A stretch of DNA of 64,000 bases, from NCBI GenBank assembly GCA_965242865.1, contig CBDETK010000013.1, positions 1,504,001 to 1,568,000 of the forward strand, written 5' to 3'. The DNA comes from Candidatus Latescibacterota bacterium (GTDB lineage Bacteria; Latescibacterota; UBA2968; UBA8231). Position 1 is the first letter of the stretch. Every line of letters begins with the position of its first letter. A program made the position numbers and the translations under genes. The notes below the pieces were generated by a model that saw only the letters and a list, made by a program, of their open reading frames with translations, had not been told where the DNA came from and did not search any database. Positions 38,490 through 48,066 of this stretch are shown here, one piece after another.

Positions 38490-39008
38490 TTAGCCCAGCA
38501 CATCGGAAAAACTTTTGATTGGCAGCCGAAATCTGTGCTGCTGCGCCCACGTCTCCTTGAGTTCGTCTGCTTCCGCGACGCTCAATAGGTTTTTACGGAT
38601 CATTGCAACGATGAGGTCTTGGGTTGTCAGAATACAAAGATCGCGGCTGATCTCTCGTGCTCGATTTGTCGCTTGTCGATCATCAATAGCCAATATGTAT
38701 GCTCGGGATACAGCCAACGCGATTGCGGAACACTCGCCGGGCCCCAAGCGTCTGGATTCGCCCAATGAGCCGAACAGAGCGACTTCGCGTCGGTCAGCAA
38801 TGCTGACTTGTTTCAAAGCACCAGACCGGAGCGCGGCTTTGAGGCGCGTCTGCTCGTCCGAATAGAAATCCTTGACTTCAGCCGCCACGTGGTCCGTAAC
38901 GACGAACTGGTGACCGTGGCGAGCAATCAGGTCCATGCGATCGACGCAGAGAAAGTTGATGAGAACAGACGTATCCACCGCTATTACGGCCGAACTCGTG
39001 CGGGGCAT
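38490..39008 (-). CDS. PIN-domain protein (DUF3368-like)
   Basis: VDTSVLINF, V.AE, LG.GE.SAIALA, IDDR.A acidic PIN residues. Confidence 0.8.
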   Translation of the reverse strand: MPRTSSAVIAVDTSVLINFLCVDRMDLIARHGHQFVVTDHVAAEVKDFYSDEQTRLKAALRSGALKQVSIADRREVALFGSLGESRRLGPGECSAIALAVSRAYILAIDDRQATNRAREISRDLCILTTQDLIVAMIRKNLLSVAEADELKETWAQQHRFRLPIKSFSDVLG

Positions 39009-39024
39009 GGTCCGTGCTCAGTGC

Positions 39025-40263
39025 TCAGCCCTCGTGCGCCGCTTCCGCAAGGATCAGAAGGGATTTACCATCAATCCCGAGCGTTTTGCTCAGTTCGAGG
39101 AGACGCCCGCGGGAGATGTCCTCGCGACGATAGGCTTCAATCGCCAAGTGTGCGATTTCGCTGCGAAGCTCACGATCCCAGTATGGCCTTTGCTCCGGTT
39201 GTTCTAGCTCGTCGCGCTTGTTGAGAAGATGCAGATATCGGATGCCGAAATGTTCTTGGTCTAGGAGTCCGGTGGAGGCTGACTGTGAAACGTATTTGAG
39301 GCTCTTTAGACGATAGAGAGCCGCTTGGTAGCTCACGCCGAAATGGTGGGCCACGAGCGCAACGTCCTTGTAGGTGATTCTCTGGGAACTAGCGGGCGGG
39401 CGAAACTCTGCTTGAATACGTCCGCCGCTCGCGGCATCGAAAATCGTTTGCTCATGGCGGGCAGGCAGCCCCTTGTCTAAGGTTCGCAATACTTCAGATA
39501 CCCCGTTTCTCGGCATGAGAAACGCCGCGGCAAAGGCATTCGCCCGTTTTTCTACCAACTCCGCCGAGTTGTCGGTACTAGAGATGGAAACGGTCCGTTC
39601 TCGGTCCAACAGCGCATGGGCATATTCGTGTGCATAAGAAAATCGCTTTCGTCCGCGCGGATGTGAGGCGTTGACGAGAATAGCCAAGCCGATTGAAGAA
39701 TGGCGCAGGAACAAACCGGACATGTGCCCAGGCAATTCAAGGCCGGATGCCCAAATGCCCTGAGAACCGATTAGTTCCGCAACGTCGGCTAAAGGAGCAT
39801 TGCCGATGTTGAGGCGGGACCGCTCCTCATCGGCGAGTTGCTCCGCTTGAGTCACGGCCTGTCCGGCCGAGCGAGGAACCCGCACGGTATGCACCGGCGG
39901 ACCGGACCGTAGGCCCAGCCCTAGGATTTTCTCCAGCACGACTCCCTCGCGACACAGGGAGACGCAACGATCTACCTGTTCACGCACCTCCGAATCCCGC
40001 TTTAGGCTAGGGACGATTCGGAACAAGGCGACGAGAACATCCTCGTTTTCGTCTTCCACGATTTCTTTGAAGAAGTGAAATACAGGATGGCGATAGCATT
40101 CGGCCAGTTTCGTCAGTTCCAGCGTGGAGACCGAACGCTTACCTGACTCGATTTGGGTGATTGCCGTGCGCGGTACGCCAAGGGCGTCCGCCGCGGCCTG
40201 TTGGCTCTGTCCCCGCGTTTCACGTGCGGCTCGTAGCTGTATGCCGAGCTTGATTGGATCCAT
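39025..40263 (-). CDS. XRE HTH + ImmA/IrrE zinc metallopeptidase fusion
   Basis: LRAARE..G.SQ..AA.ALGV.R.AI..IESGKR HTH. RFSYAHEYAH (HExxH), E.RANAFAA.FLMP, FGVS. Start set at the ATG at 40263. Confidence 0.88.
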   Translation of the reverse strand: MDPIKLGIQLRAARETRGQSQQAAADALGVPRTAITQIESGKRSVSTLELTKLAECYRHPVFHFFKEIVEDENEDVLVALFRIVPSLKRDSEVREQVDRCVSLCREGVVLEKILGLGLRSGPPVHTVRVPRSAGQAVTQAEQLADEERSRLNIGNAPLADVAELIGSQGIWASGLELPGHMSGLFLRHSSIGLAILVNASHPRGRKRFSYAHEYAHALLDRERTVSISSTDNSAELVEKRANAFAAAFLMPRNGVSEVLRTLDKGLPARHEQTIFDAASGGRIQAEFRPPASSQRITYKDVALVAHHFGVSYQAALYRLKSLKYVSQSASTGLLDQEHFGIRYLHLLNKRDELEQPEQRPYWDRELRSEIAHLAIEAYRREDISRGRLLELSKTLGIDGKSLLILAEAAHEG

Positions 40264-40279
40264 AATAACCTTTTTGTTA

Positions 40280-40343
40280 AACGTACTAAATCGGACATAT
40301 TTTGTCAAATATATACTTGTATTGTTCTATTATAGGACATATT
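40280..40343 (-). promoter_or_regulatory. Promoter of the XRE-ImmA gene with candidate operator repeats
   Basis: Minus-strand TTGACA (40308-40303)-N17-TACGTT (40285-40280). GACA-N5-TGTC palindrome overlaps the -35. GGACATATT direct repeat at 40293 and 40335. Confidence 0.55.
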
Positions 40344-40408
40344 ATTAACAATGGAGGTCGCTATGACTTGTGCGCTTTCGGATTTTCCAAAGCCAAACCC
40401 AAGGTAAA

Positions 40409-41041
40409 ATGATGAAATACATTGCATTGGCCCTAGCGTTACTCGCCGGCCGCGTCGCAGCCGAGGAGGCGGACTCCAGCCGGGTCATTCTCTTTTTTGG
40501 CGATAGCTTGACCGCTGGCTACGGCCTCGACCGCGAACAAGCCTTCCCGGCTTTGGTGCAGGCGCGAATCGATTCGCTTGGCTGGAACTTTGAAGTGTTC
40601 AATGCCGGGCTTGGCGGCGAGACTTCAGCCGGTGGGCTGCGCCGCATTGACTGGCTCTTGCGCCGCCCCATCGACGTGTTCGTCCTCGAATTGGGGGCCA
40701 ACGACGGCCTGCGCGGCGTGGACCCCCAAGACACCCACGCCAATCTGCAAGCGATTGTCGAGCGGGTAAAAGCGAAAAACCCCGAAGTCGCCGTGGTCAT
40801 CGCCGGCATGCAGATGCCGCCCAATTTTGGTGCCGAGTACGCGGCGGCGTTTGCCGCGGTGTTCCCGGCGGTGGCGCAAAAAAACGACGCGGCCTTGATC
40901 CCCTTCTTGTTGGAAGGCGTGGGAGACCAACCCGCGCTGAACTTGCCCGACGGCAATCACCCCAACGCCGAAGGCCACCGGGTCGTCGCCGAAACCGTGT
41001 GGGCGACGCTGGGGCCGGTGCTGGAGAAGCTGCGCCGCTAG
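40409..41041 (+). CDS. tesA: GDSL arylesterase/acyl-CoA thioesterase I
   Basis: GDSLTAGYG, LELGANDGLRG, PPNFG, D..HPN..G. Signal peptide. Confidence 0.88.
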   Translation: MMKYIALALALLAGRVAAEEADSSRVILFFGDSLTAGYGLDREQAFPALVQARIDSLGWNFEVFNAGLGGETSAGGLRRIDWLLRRPIDVFVLELGANDGLRGVDPQDTHANLQAIVERVKAKNPEVAVVIAGMQMPPNFGAEYAAAFAAVFPAVAQKNDAALIPFLLEGVGDQPALNLPDGNHPNAEGHRVVAETVWATLGPVLEKLRR

Positions 41042-43563
41042 CCGAGCGAGCGCAGGACTTCGAGCGGTGGGCTGGTGTGGACGCCGCGGCTGGACAGCAT
41101 GCCGACAGCGACGGTCAGCAGGCTGACCGCGGCAAAGGCGAGGACCACGGGCAGGTAGTTGGGCGCGAAGCCGATTTCAAAGAGATAGCGGCTCAAGGCC
41201 CAGACGCCCCCCAGCGACAAAATCGCGCCCGCCGTGGCCGCAAAGGCCCCCAAAAACAGATATTCGAGGGCCATGATCGCGACCACTTGGCGGCGACTGG
41301 CCCCCAAGGTTTTGAGCAATACGCTTTCCTCGAGGCGTTGGTAGCGGCTGCTGGCGATTACGCCGACGAGCACGATGAGGCCCACAGAGACGCTGAAGAA
41401 GGCCATAAAGCGGACCACCAGCGAGACCTTGGCGAGGATGGTATCGACCGTGCTGAGGATGCTGCCGAGATCGATCACCGAAACATTGGGGAACTGGCGC
41501 ACGGTGGCTCGCTGCAAAGCGGCCATTTGCTCGGTTGTGGCCGCGCGCGTGACGAGAACGTGGGACTGGGGCGCGGGCTCGAGGATGCCGTCGGGGAACA
41601 CCACCAAAAAGTTGGGCATGATCCGCTGCCAGTTGACGCGGCGCAGACTGCCGACGACCACTTCGATTGGGACCCCTTGGACGTCAAAGGTCAGGGAATC
41701 GCCCACGCCCACGCCCAACGAGGAAGCCACGCCCGTTTCCAAGGAAACGTACAGGGTATCGCCAGCGGGTTGCCGGTGCCAGCGGCCGGCGACGATATCT
41801 TCGGTCTCGGTGAGAAAATCGCGATAGGTCGCACGGTACTCGTGCCGCAAGGCCCAGTTGCCGCGGCGGTGGCTCGCGGTGGTATCGCGGCGCATGGCGC
41901 GGGCAGGTTGGCCCTTGACGCTGTGGATGTGCATGGTGACGATGGGCATTTGCTGCAACAGCGGCAGGTCCATCTCGGCGACGAGGGCGTTTAGCGCGGG
42001 GCACTGGTCGGTTTGGATGTCGAAGAGCACGACGTTGGGATTTTGGTCGGAGCCGACGCTTTTGATGTGGGACAGCAGGCTGGTCTGGGTCAGGAAGAGG
42101 GTGCTGATCAGGAAGGTCCCTAGCCCGAGGCCCAACATCAGCAGCGCGGTCTGATTGTTGGGTCGGTAGAGGTTGGCCAGCCCCTGCCGCCAGATATAGC
42201 TCCAAGAGGCGGGCAAAAACCGCCGAGTGCCGTAGATGATGGCGCGGGCCGTGAGGACCAACAGCGCAAACGCGGCTCCAACCCCGCCGACAAAGCCCAG
42301 CGCCAGCGGCCAGTGGCTGGTGAGGCGGTAGGCAAAGAGCGCGGCAGTCAGGACGATCCCCCCGTACAAAGCCCAGCGCAGCAGGCGGCTGTCGGCCGGT
42401 TGGGCCTCTTCAAAGGAGGCGCGCAGGGTCAAAAGCGGCGAGGTCTTGCCGAGGACCAGCAGCGGCCGAGCGGCAAACAGCAGAGAAAGGCCGACGCCGA
42501 GGCCGACCCCCTCCAAGACCGCGAGGAAATCAAAGCGCGGCTCCACCTCTAGGGGCAGCACATCGGCGAGGATGTTGGGGAGCAGGTAGAGGACTCCAAC
42601 GCCGAGCAGCGCACCGGCGAGCGCGCCGACCAAGCCCATGCCCCCGGCTTGGAGTAGGTAGATCGCGACGGTCTGACGGGCCGTGGCGCCGAGACTGCGG
42701 AGCACGGCGACGGTGGGCAGTTTCTGCTTGGTATAGGTGTGGATGGCACTGGCCACGCCCACGCCGCCGAGCAGGAGGGCGATGAAGCTGCCGAGATTTA
42801 GGAAGCGGTAGAGGTTGTTGAGGGTGCGGCCGAGGCGGGCCTTGCGGTCGGCAATGGTTTCGAGCCGGAGGCGGTTGGCGCGCGCCTGCGGACGGATGGA
42901 TTTGGCGAGTGCTTGGACATCCCGCTCGGCAAAGCGGAAGAAGGCCGAGTAGGTGACCCGGCTGCCCCTTTGAATTAGGCCGGTGCGGTCGAGGTAGGAC
43001 ATGGAGATATAGACGCGAGGCTGGATGTCGCTGAACAGGGCGTTCTCCCCGGGGATGCGCAAGAGCCGCCCGCCGATGCGAAAGACCGTGTTGCCGACCT
43101 TGATCGTGTCGCCGATCGCCGCTCCAAACTGCAGCATGAGTGCCTCGTCAACGAGGGCTTGGGGCTGGGTGCGGAAGCGGTGCGCGGCCTCGGCCGGGGC
43201 CGTTTTTAGCTCGCCGTAAAAGGGAAACGGGCCGGTAAGGGCGCGGATCTGCGCGAGGCGAGTCCCCTCGCTCTTGGGCAGGTAAATCATGGAGTTGAAG
43301 GCAACTTGGCGCGCCTGAATTCCGCCGAGCGAATCGATGAGGGCTTCGGCGGCCGGCGCGAAGGGCTGGCGGCTCACCAGCGCCAGATCGGCCCCTAAGA
43401 GCGCGGCCGCTTGTTCGTCCATCGCGCCCTGCAGCGCAGAGCTGAGGCTGGTCAGGCCGACGAATGCACCAATGCCGATGGCGATTGAACCCGTAAAAAG
43501 CAGCAGTTTGCGGCGGTGGCTGCGGCTGTCGCGCCAAGCCATTTTGCCGAGCCAGCCCATCAT
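41038..43563 (-). CDS. ybbP: YbbP-like ABC permease (two FtsX repeats)
   Basis: AWRD.R, LLGADL, FPFYG, A.LRSLGA, DIQ.DQ, LKTLGASR. Confidence 0.8.
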   Translation of the reverse strand: MMGWLGKMAWRDSRSHRRKLLLFTGSIAIGIGAFVGLTSLSSALQGAMDEQAAALLGADLALVSRQPFAPAAEALIDSLGGIQARQVAFNSMIYLPKSEGTRLAQIRALTGPFPFYGELKTAPAEAAHRFRTQPQALVDEALMLQFGAAIGDTIKVGNTVFRIGGRLLRIPGENALFSDIQPRVYISMSYLDRTGLIQRGSRVTYSAFFRFAERDVQALAKSIRPQARANRLRLETIADRKARLGRTLNNLYRFLNLGSFIALLLGGVGVASAIHTYTKQKLPTVAVLRSLGATARQTVAIYLLQAGGMGLVGALAGALLGVGVLYLLPNILADVLPLEVEPRFDFLAVLEGVGLGVGLSLLFAARPLLVLGKTSPLLTLRASFEEAQPADSRLLRWALYGGIVLTAALFAYRLTSHWPLALGFVGGVGAAFALLVLTARAIIYGTRRFLPASWSYIWRQGLANLYRPNNQTALLMLGLGLGTFLISTLFLTQTSLLSHIKSVGSDQNPNVVLFDIQTDQCPALNALVAEMDLPLLQQMPIVTMHIHSVKGQPARAMRRDTTASHRRGNWALRHEYRATYRDFLTETEDIVAGRWHRQPAGDTLYVSLETGVASSLGVGVGDSLTFDVQGVPIEVVVGSLRRVNWQRIMPNFLVVFPDGILEPAPQSHVLVTRAATTEQMAALQRATVRQFPNVSVIDLGSILSTVDTILAKVSLVVRFMAFFSVSVGLIVLVGVIASSRYQRLEESVLLKTLGASRRQVVAIMALEYLFLGAFAATAGAILSLGGVWALSRYLFEIGFAPNYLPVVLAFAAVSLLTVAVGMLSSRGVHTSPPLEVLRSLG

Positions 43564-44249
43564 GGGACCGGCCGGTCGTCGGCCACCCGGCCGCCTTGGA
43601 GGCGGATGATCCGCTGGGTGAGGCGGGCCAGCGTCAGATCGTGGGTGACCAAAATTAGGGTGGCCCCGGACTCCTCGTTGAGGCTGAAGAGCAGGTCGCG
43701 CACTTTGCCGCTGGTGCCGTCGTCGAGGTTGCCGGTCGGCTCGTCGGCAAACAGCAGCGCCGGGCGGTTGATAAAGGCCCGGGCGAGGGCCACGCGCTGT
43801 TGCTCGCCCCCTGAAAGCTGCGCCGGATAGTGGTGTAGGCGGTCGCCTAAGCCGACGCGGTCGAGGAGGTCAACGGCGCGGGCGCGGGCGGTTGGCTCGC
43901 GGCGCAATTCGAGCGGCACCATGGCGTTTTCGAGGGCGCTGAGGGTGGTGATGAGCTGGAAGTTTTGAAAGACGAAGCCGACTTTTTCGCTGCGGAGGTG
44001 GGCGCGTTGGTCCTCGTCGAGCCGGCCCAAATCCACGCCATTGAGCGCGACCGAGCCGGCGCTGGCGCGGTCCAGCCCGGCGCACAAGCCCAACAGGGTG
44101 GTTTTGCCGCTGCCCGAAGGGCCGACGACCGCGCAGGTGGCGCCGGCCGCAAGGGCGAAGCTCACATCGTGGAGGACCGTCAGGGCGGTGGCCCCGCGGC
44201 CGTAGGTTTTGCTCAGGTGCTGTACGTTTAGGGCTAGGGAGTCGCCCAT
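43560..44249 (-). CDS. ybbA: YbbA-like ABC ATPase
   Basis: GPSGSGKTT, LSGGEQQRVALARA, ADEPTGNLD. Confidence 0.85.
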   Translation of the reverse strand: MGDSLALNVQHLSKTYGRGATALTVLHDVSFALAAGATCAVVGPSGSGKTTLLGLCAGLDRASAGSVALNGVDLGRLDEDQRAHLRSEKVGFVFQNFQLITTLSALENAMVPLELRREPTARARAVDLLDRVGLGDRLHHYPAQLSGGEQQRVALARAFINRPALLFADEPTGNLDDGTSGKVRDLLFSLNEESGATLILVTHDLTLARLTQRIIRLQGGRVADDRPVP

Positions 44250-45145
44250 GAAGTCTCCTCTGCGGGCTGGCGGTTTAGGATGCGTAGCAGGCGGTCGGGA
44301 TAGTCGGTGATTAGGCCATCGACGCCTAGGGCTAGGTAGTGCTGCATGGCGTCGGGATCGTTGACGGTCCAGACGTGGACTTGGACGTTGTGGGCGTGGG
44401 CGCGGGCGACAAAGCGCCGGTCTATCAGGTCGATCGCGCCCAAGCGGGCCGGGAACTGAAAGGCTTGGCTGGTGGGGTGGTAGGCCGCGTCGAGCCGCAA
44501 CCAGTGGAGCAAGACAAAGGACAATCCGGCGGATGAAGCCGCCGAGGTCGCCACTTGGGGGCAGGCTTGGCGCAAGCGGGCTAAGGGGCGGTTGTGGAAC
44601 GAAGCGGCGATGACGCGCTCGCTTAACCCAAAGCGCTGAATCGCCCGGCAGAAATCATGCGCCAACGCGGCCGAGTCCTCCTTGATTTCGATGAGAAAGC
44701 GCATGGTGGGAAAGGCCGTAAATACCTCGTCTAAGGTGGGGATGGCAATTCCTTGGCCGCGCTGGGGAAAGGTTTGACCGTCTGGACTGAAGTGGTAGCC
44801 GGCGTCTAGCTGCTTCAATTGGGCTAGGCGCAAGCTGTCGGCTGGGCCGTGGCCGTTGGTCGTGCGATCGACGCGCCGGTCGTGCAAGACGATGGGCACG
44901 CCGTCGCTGCTTTGGCGCAAGTCCATTTCTAGCACATCGACTCCCAACGCGGCCGAGTGGGCAAAGGCCGCCAAGGTGTTTTCTGGGGCCAGCCCCTTGC
45001 CGCCGCGGTGGGCAATGACCAAAACGCCGCTTGAGTCAAAGTAGGGATGCGGTGCCACCGGGTGCGATGTCAGGGCGAAGGCCCCGTACAACACCGGCAC
45101 TAGCAGCAACGAGGCGATCGCGGCCCGCTTGAGGTATAGACGCAT
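44234..45145 (-). CDS. Glycerophosphodiester phosphodiesterase
   Basis: IAHRGG...PENT, LEMD, HD..VDRTTNG, IEIK, WTVND, ITDYPD. Confidence 0.9.
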   Translation of the reverse strand: MRLYLKRAAIASLLLVPVLYGAFALTSHPVAPHPYFDSSGVLVIAHRGGKGLAPENTLAAFAHSAALGVDVLEMDLRQSSDGVPIVLHDRRVDRTTNGHGPADSLRLAQLKQLDAGYHFSPDGQTFPQRGQGIAIPTLDEVFTAFPTMRFLIEIKEDSAALAHDFCRAIQRFGLSERVIAASFHNRPLARLRQACPQVATSAASSAGLSFVLLHWLRLDAAYHPTSQAFQFPARLGAIDLIDRRFVARAHAHNVQVHVWTVNDPDAMQHYLALGVDGLITDYPDRLLRILNRQPAEETSWATP

Positions 45146-45259
45146 GGATTATGCAGAAGTTCTATCGGGAAAGTAAGGCGAGAAGATACCTAGCGGGTCG
45201 ATTCGGGCAAGTTTTGAGCCGCTCGGTTCTTTTATATGTTAGCCGCTGGTTAGGCCATG

Positions 45260-45946
45260 CTAGCCCGATTCGCTGCGCGTGCAGACGTAATCGAAGACAA
45301 CCACCGCTACATGGGCGCAAACGGCCGTCACCGCGTTCCAGTCGTGCCACCGGGCGGCGAGGTTTTTGTATTCGGAAAGTTCGGTGACTTCTAAGTCGTA
45401 GGGCAGGGGACTGGCAAGTTGCACCTGTAATTGTTGCAGGGCGGACTCCCCATTGGCTTGGTGGTACAACCTGTCGAAAGGTCGCAGGGCTTCGGCCGCG
45501 GCTTGGTCGCCCATGCGGTGGGCGAGCGCAGCAAAGTCGAGATAGTCGCGCGTTGCATTGCGCTTGAGGATCAGCACTCCTTTAATGCGGAGGATTTCCG
45601 CCGAGGTTGGAATGGTCAGGGTCGCGTCCCGATGTTGGATCGTCGTCGTTTCCAACGGCTCGTTGCGGATCAGTTGACGCACCCCGGTCTCGATGCCGTC
45701 GAGGCGGCCGAGGATTTGGACCGGGCGCGTCACGCGTGCTGTTCGCCAGCCAGCCGCTGATTCTAATTGGGCGAGGATCGCGTCGAACTGGCGACGCAGG
45801 TCGGGCACCACGTGGTCTGCGTCTTGGGAAAGGCGATGCTCCGCATGAATGGCCACCAGCACCGCTTCGGGCAGGAGCTGTTGGAGGCGGCACGCGGCCG
45901 ACAGCACGAGATCCCAGTCAGGAAGCGGTGCGGTGTTTTTTGACAT
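45260..45946 (-). CDS. AbiEii-like nucleotidyltransferase toxin, probably inactivated
   Basis: HRLSQDADH (HR.S.D.D), LRIK and RN.TRDYLD motifs are present. The GG(T/S) motif expected after AVLV is missing. Confidence 0.65.
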   Translation of the reverse strand: MSKNTAPLPDWDLVLSAACRLQQLLPEAVLVAIHAEHRLSQDADHVVPDLRRQFDAILAQLESAAGWRTARVTRPVQILGRLDGIETGVRQLIRNEPLETTTIQHRDATLTIPTSAEILRIKGVLILKRNATRDYLDFAALAHRMGDQAAAEALRPFDRLYHQANGESALQQLQVQLASPLPYDLEVTELSEYKNLAARWHDWNAVTAVCAHVAVVVFDYVCTRSESG

Positions 45947-46142
45947 AGTGTAGCCAAAAGCGATGACGCTGAGCGTGCGGGGCGGCGCAATGGGCGCAGA
46001 CGCGCTCGATTTTGTCGAGCAGGGTTTGGTCGTCGAGAGCCGCCCGGCGCAGTTCGGCCCAATCGCGCCAGCCGCCTCGACGGATCACGTCGTCTATGGC
46101 GGCCAGCGTAAAGCGTTGATGGTTCAAGTGGCGGTGCTGCAC
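45918..46142 (-). CDS. Small antitoxin-like protein overlapping the AbiEii-like gene
   Basis: GTG at 46142 behind GAGGAG. AIDDVIRRG.W.DW..L...FW motif. 29-bp overlap with the downstream gene. Confidence 0.6.
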   Translation of the reverse strand: MQHRHLNHQRFTLAAIDDVIRRGGWRDWAELRRAALDDQTLLDKIERVCAHCAAPHAQRHRFWLHYVKKHRTAS

Positions 46143-46282
46143 GGCTTGCTCCTCGTTGCCGGGTTGGCGAAAAAATAAAATAAACAGCGGCCCAAGACGG
46201 GTAAATTCCCCGTGCTGCCCGTTGCGCGAAGAAAGAGGATGGGATGACATGTTTATCACAGTTCGACGCGAGGAGGTCTGAG

Positions 46283-47137
46283 GTGGGGGCGGTGGCAGTT
46301 CTTGGCTCGGCGACGATAGACTGCGTGGTCCAAGGCGGAGCGGAGACGTACAAACGCGGGGGCGTGGTCGCGTATGCTGGGCTGACTTTTGCCGAGTTGG
46401 GCCTAAAGACGCAGGTGCTGACCAATGTTGCGGCGGCCGATCGGGCGATGCTGGCGGTGTTGCAACAACGGGGTATTGCAGTCTATGTGGGCGACAGCGC
46501 GGCGACGACCCGGTTTGTCAACTACGTCGATGGCGACGCACGGCGTCAGGAGTTGCTCGCTTGCGCCGCGCCGATTGCCGCTGCCCAACTCAAGCCAGTG
46601 CTCGCCGACGTGGAGCACGTGCATTTGGGGCCGCTGCATCCCCACGATCTGGCCGAGGAGGTGCTGGCGGCAATCGGCACTCGCTTGCAGGTGAGCTTAG
46701 ATCTTCAAGGCTATGTGCGGCGGATTGAGGGGACGCAGGTGCATCAGGGGGTTGCTAAAAGTTTGTACGCCGCCCTGCAATGCGCGGACTATGTCAAAGC
46801 GGACCGCGACGAATTAGAGCTCGTGCTCGCGGACTGCGGCCTGACGCTGGACCAGTTGATGTGCGCTTGTTCGGTGGCCGAGTGGGTCGTCACCGAAGGT
46901 TCGCACGGCGGCTGGGTCGCCAGTCGGCCGGGGCTGCGGACGCAGTTTACATCGGTGCCGGTAGCGACGGTCGCCGACCCTACCGGCGCTGGGGACGTGT
47001 TTTTCGCCGCGTATATAGCGCATCGCCTGCACCGAGGATCGGGGATTGCCGCGGCCGCTCAGCGCGCTGCGGCATTGGCGGCGCACCACGTGGAGGGCGG
47101 TTTTATCGACGCGGCGACGTTGCGCTTGGAGGCGTGA
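46283..47137 (+). CDS. PfkB family carbohydrate kinase
   Basis: GGVVAY, DLQG..R, VT.G..G, DPTGAGDVF. GTG start behind AGGAGG. Confidence 0.85.
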   Translation: MGAVAVLGSATIDCVVQGGAETYKRGGVVAYAGLTFAELGLKTQVLTNVAAADRAMLAVLQQRGIAVYVGDSAATTRFVNYVDGDARRQELLACAAPIAAAQLKPVLADVEHVHLGPLHPHDLAEEVLAAIGTRLQVSLDLQGYVRRIEGTQVHQGVAKSLYAALQCADYVKADRDELELVLADCGLTLDQLMCACSVAEWVVTEGSHGGWVASRPGLRTQFTSVPVATVADPTGAGDVFFAAYIAHRLHRGSGIAAAAQRAAALAAHHVEGGFIDAATLRLEA

Positions 47138-47168
47138 GATTTGAAACGCTGCTGGAGCTATGAAGGGT

Positions 47169-48017
47169 TCAGCACTCGGCGCCGTGGATTTCGCCTCCGA
47201 AGTGCTGCATGCGCTCCTCGGTGTCGATTTGGCCGGCGCGGGCGGGTCGGTAGTGGAACTGTAGGGCGCGGCGCATTTTTTGCGAGGGGTTGGTCGGGCT
47301 GCCGTGGTGGGTCATGCCGTGCCAGAGCAGGCACCCGCCCGGAGCGAGGGGCACGACGACGTCGCGCTCGGTCTGGACATCGGCGTCGCAGATCTGCCAA
47401 TCGCGGCGTTTGAAGTGATGGACCGGCCCCTCGCGGTGCGTGCCGGGCAGGATGTGCAGGCAGCCGTTGTCCGAGCTCGCGTGGTCTAAGGCGATCCAGA
47501 CGCCGATGATGGGGGTGCCCAGCGGATAGTTGAAGTACGCGCAGTCTTGGTGCCAAGGCTTTTCGCGGCCCTTAGGCGGCTTAAGCAAGGCCATCTCTTG
47601 AAAGAGAACCGGCGCGTCGCCCATCAGGCGAGTGAGGACATCCAAGAGCGCTGGAGCGGCGGCCAGCGGCTGAAAGCGCTCGTCCCACTCGACGAACTTC
47701 ATGAGCTTGCGCACGGCCCTGCGCCGCGCCGCACCCGTTAGCTTTTGGCCCTGCGCCGCGGCTTCGAGTTGGACGCCGCGAAATTCGGGCTGTTTTCCGT
47801 CGATCAGGTCGTACACTGCGTCGCCCGCGGCCGCGACTTGGGCCGGAGAAAACGCCTCGGCTATGGCTAGGTAGCCCTGCTGGTGGAAGAAAGCGAGCTG
47901 CTCGGGGCCGATGTCGGCAAAGCGGGCGACCTGCTCGGCCTCGGTGCCGTAGCGGTACAGGTCGGAGGCGTAGTCGGCGCGGACGCCGTCGTCAATGATC
48001 GGTTGAGGGCTGGTCAT
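47169..48017 (-). CDS. PhyH-family Fe(II)/2-oxoglutarate dioxygenase
   Basis: F..QGY, WHQD, WIALD....NGCL..LPGTH, HGS..N.S...RR. Confidence 0.9.
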   Translation of the reverse strand: MTSPQPIIDDGVRADYASDLYRYGTEAEQVARFADIGPEQLAFFHQQGYLAIAEAFSPAQVAAAGDAVYDLIDGKQPEFRGVQLEAAAQGQKLTGAARRRAVRKLMKFVEWDERFQPLAAAPALLDVLTRLMGDAPVLFQEMALLKPPKGREKPWHQDCAYFNYPLGTPIIGVWIALDHASSDNGCLHILPGTHREGPVHHFKRRDWQICDADVQTERDVVVPLAPGGCLLWHGMTHHGSPTNPSQKMRRALQFHYRPARAGQIDTEERMQHFGGEIHGAEC

Positions 48018-48066
48018 GGTCGGGCTCCGGGCGGGTTGGCTTGGAGGGATCGAATAGCGAGTGGTG

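Noticed and set aside
40264-40308. TTG start for the XRE-ImmA gene at 40308
   Set aside because: That TTG is part of the TTGACA -35 box. The ATG at 40263 fits the HTH start better.
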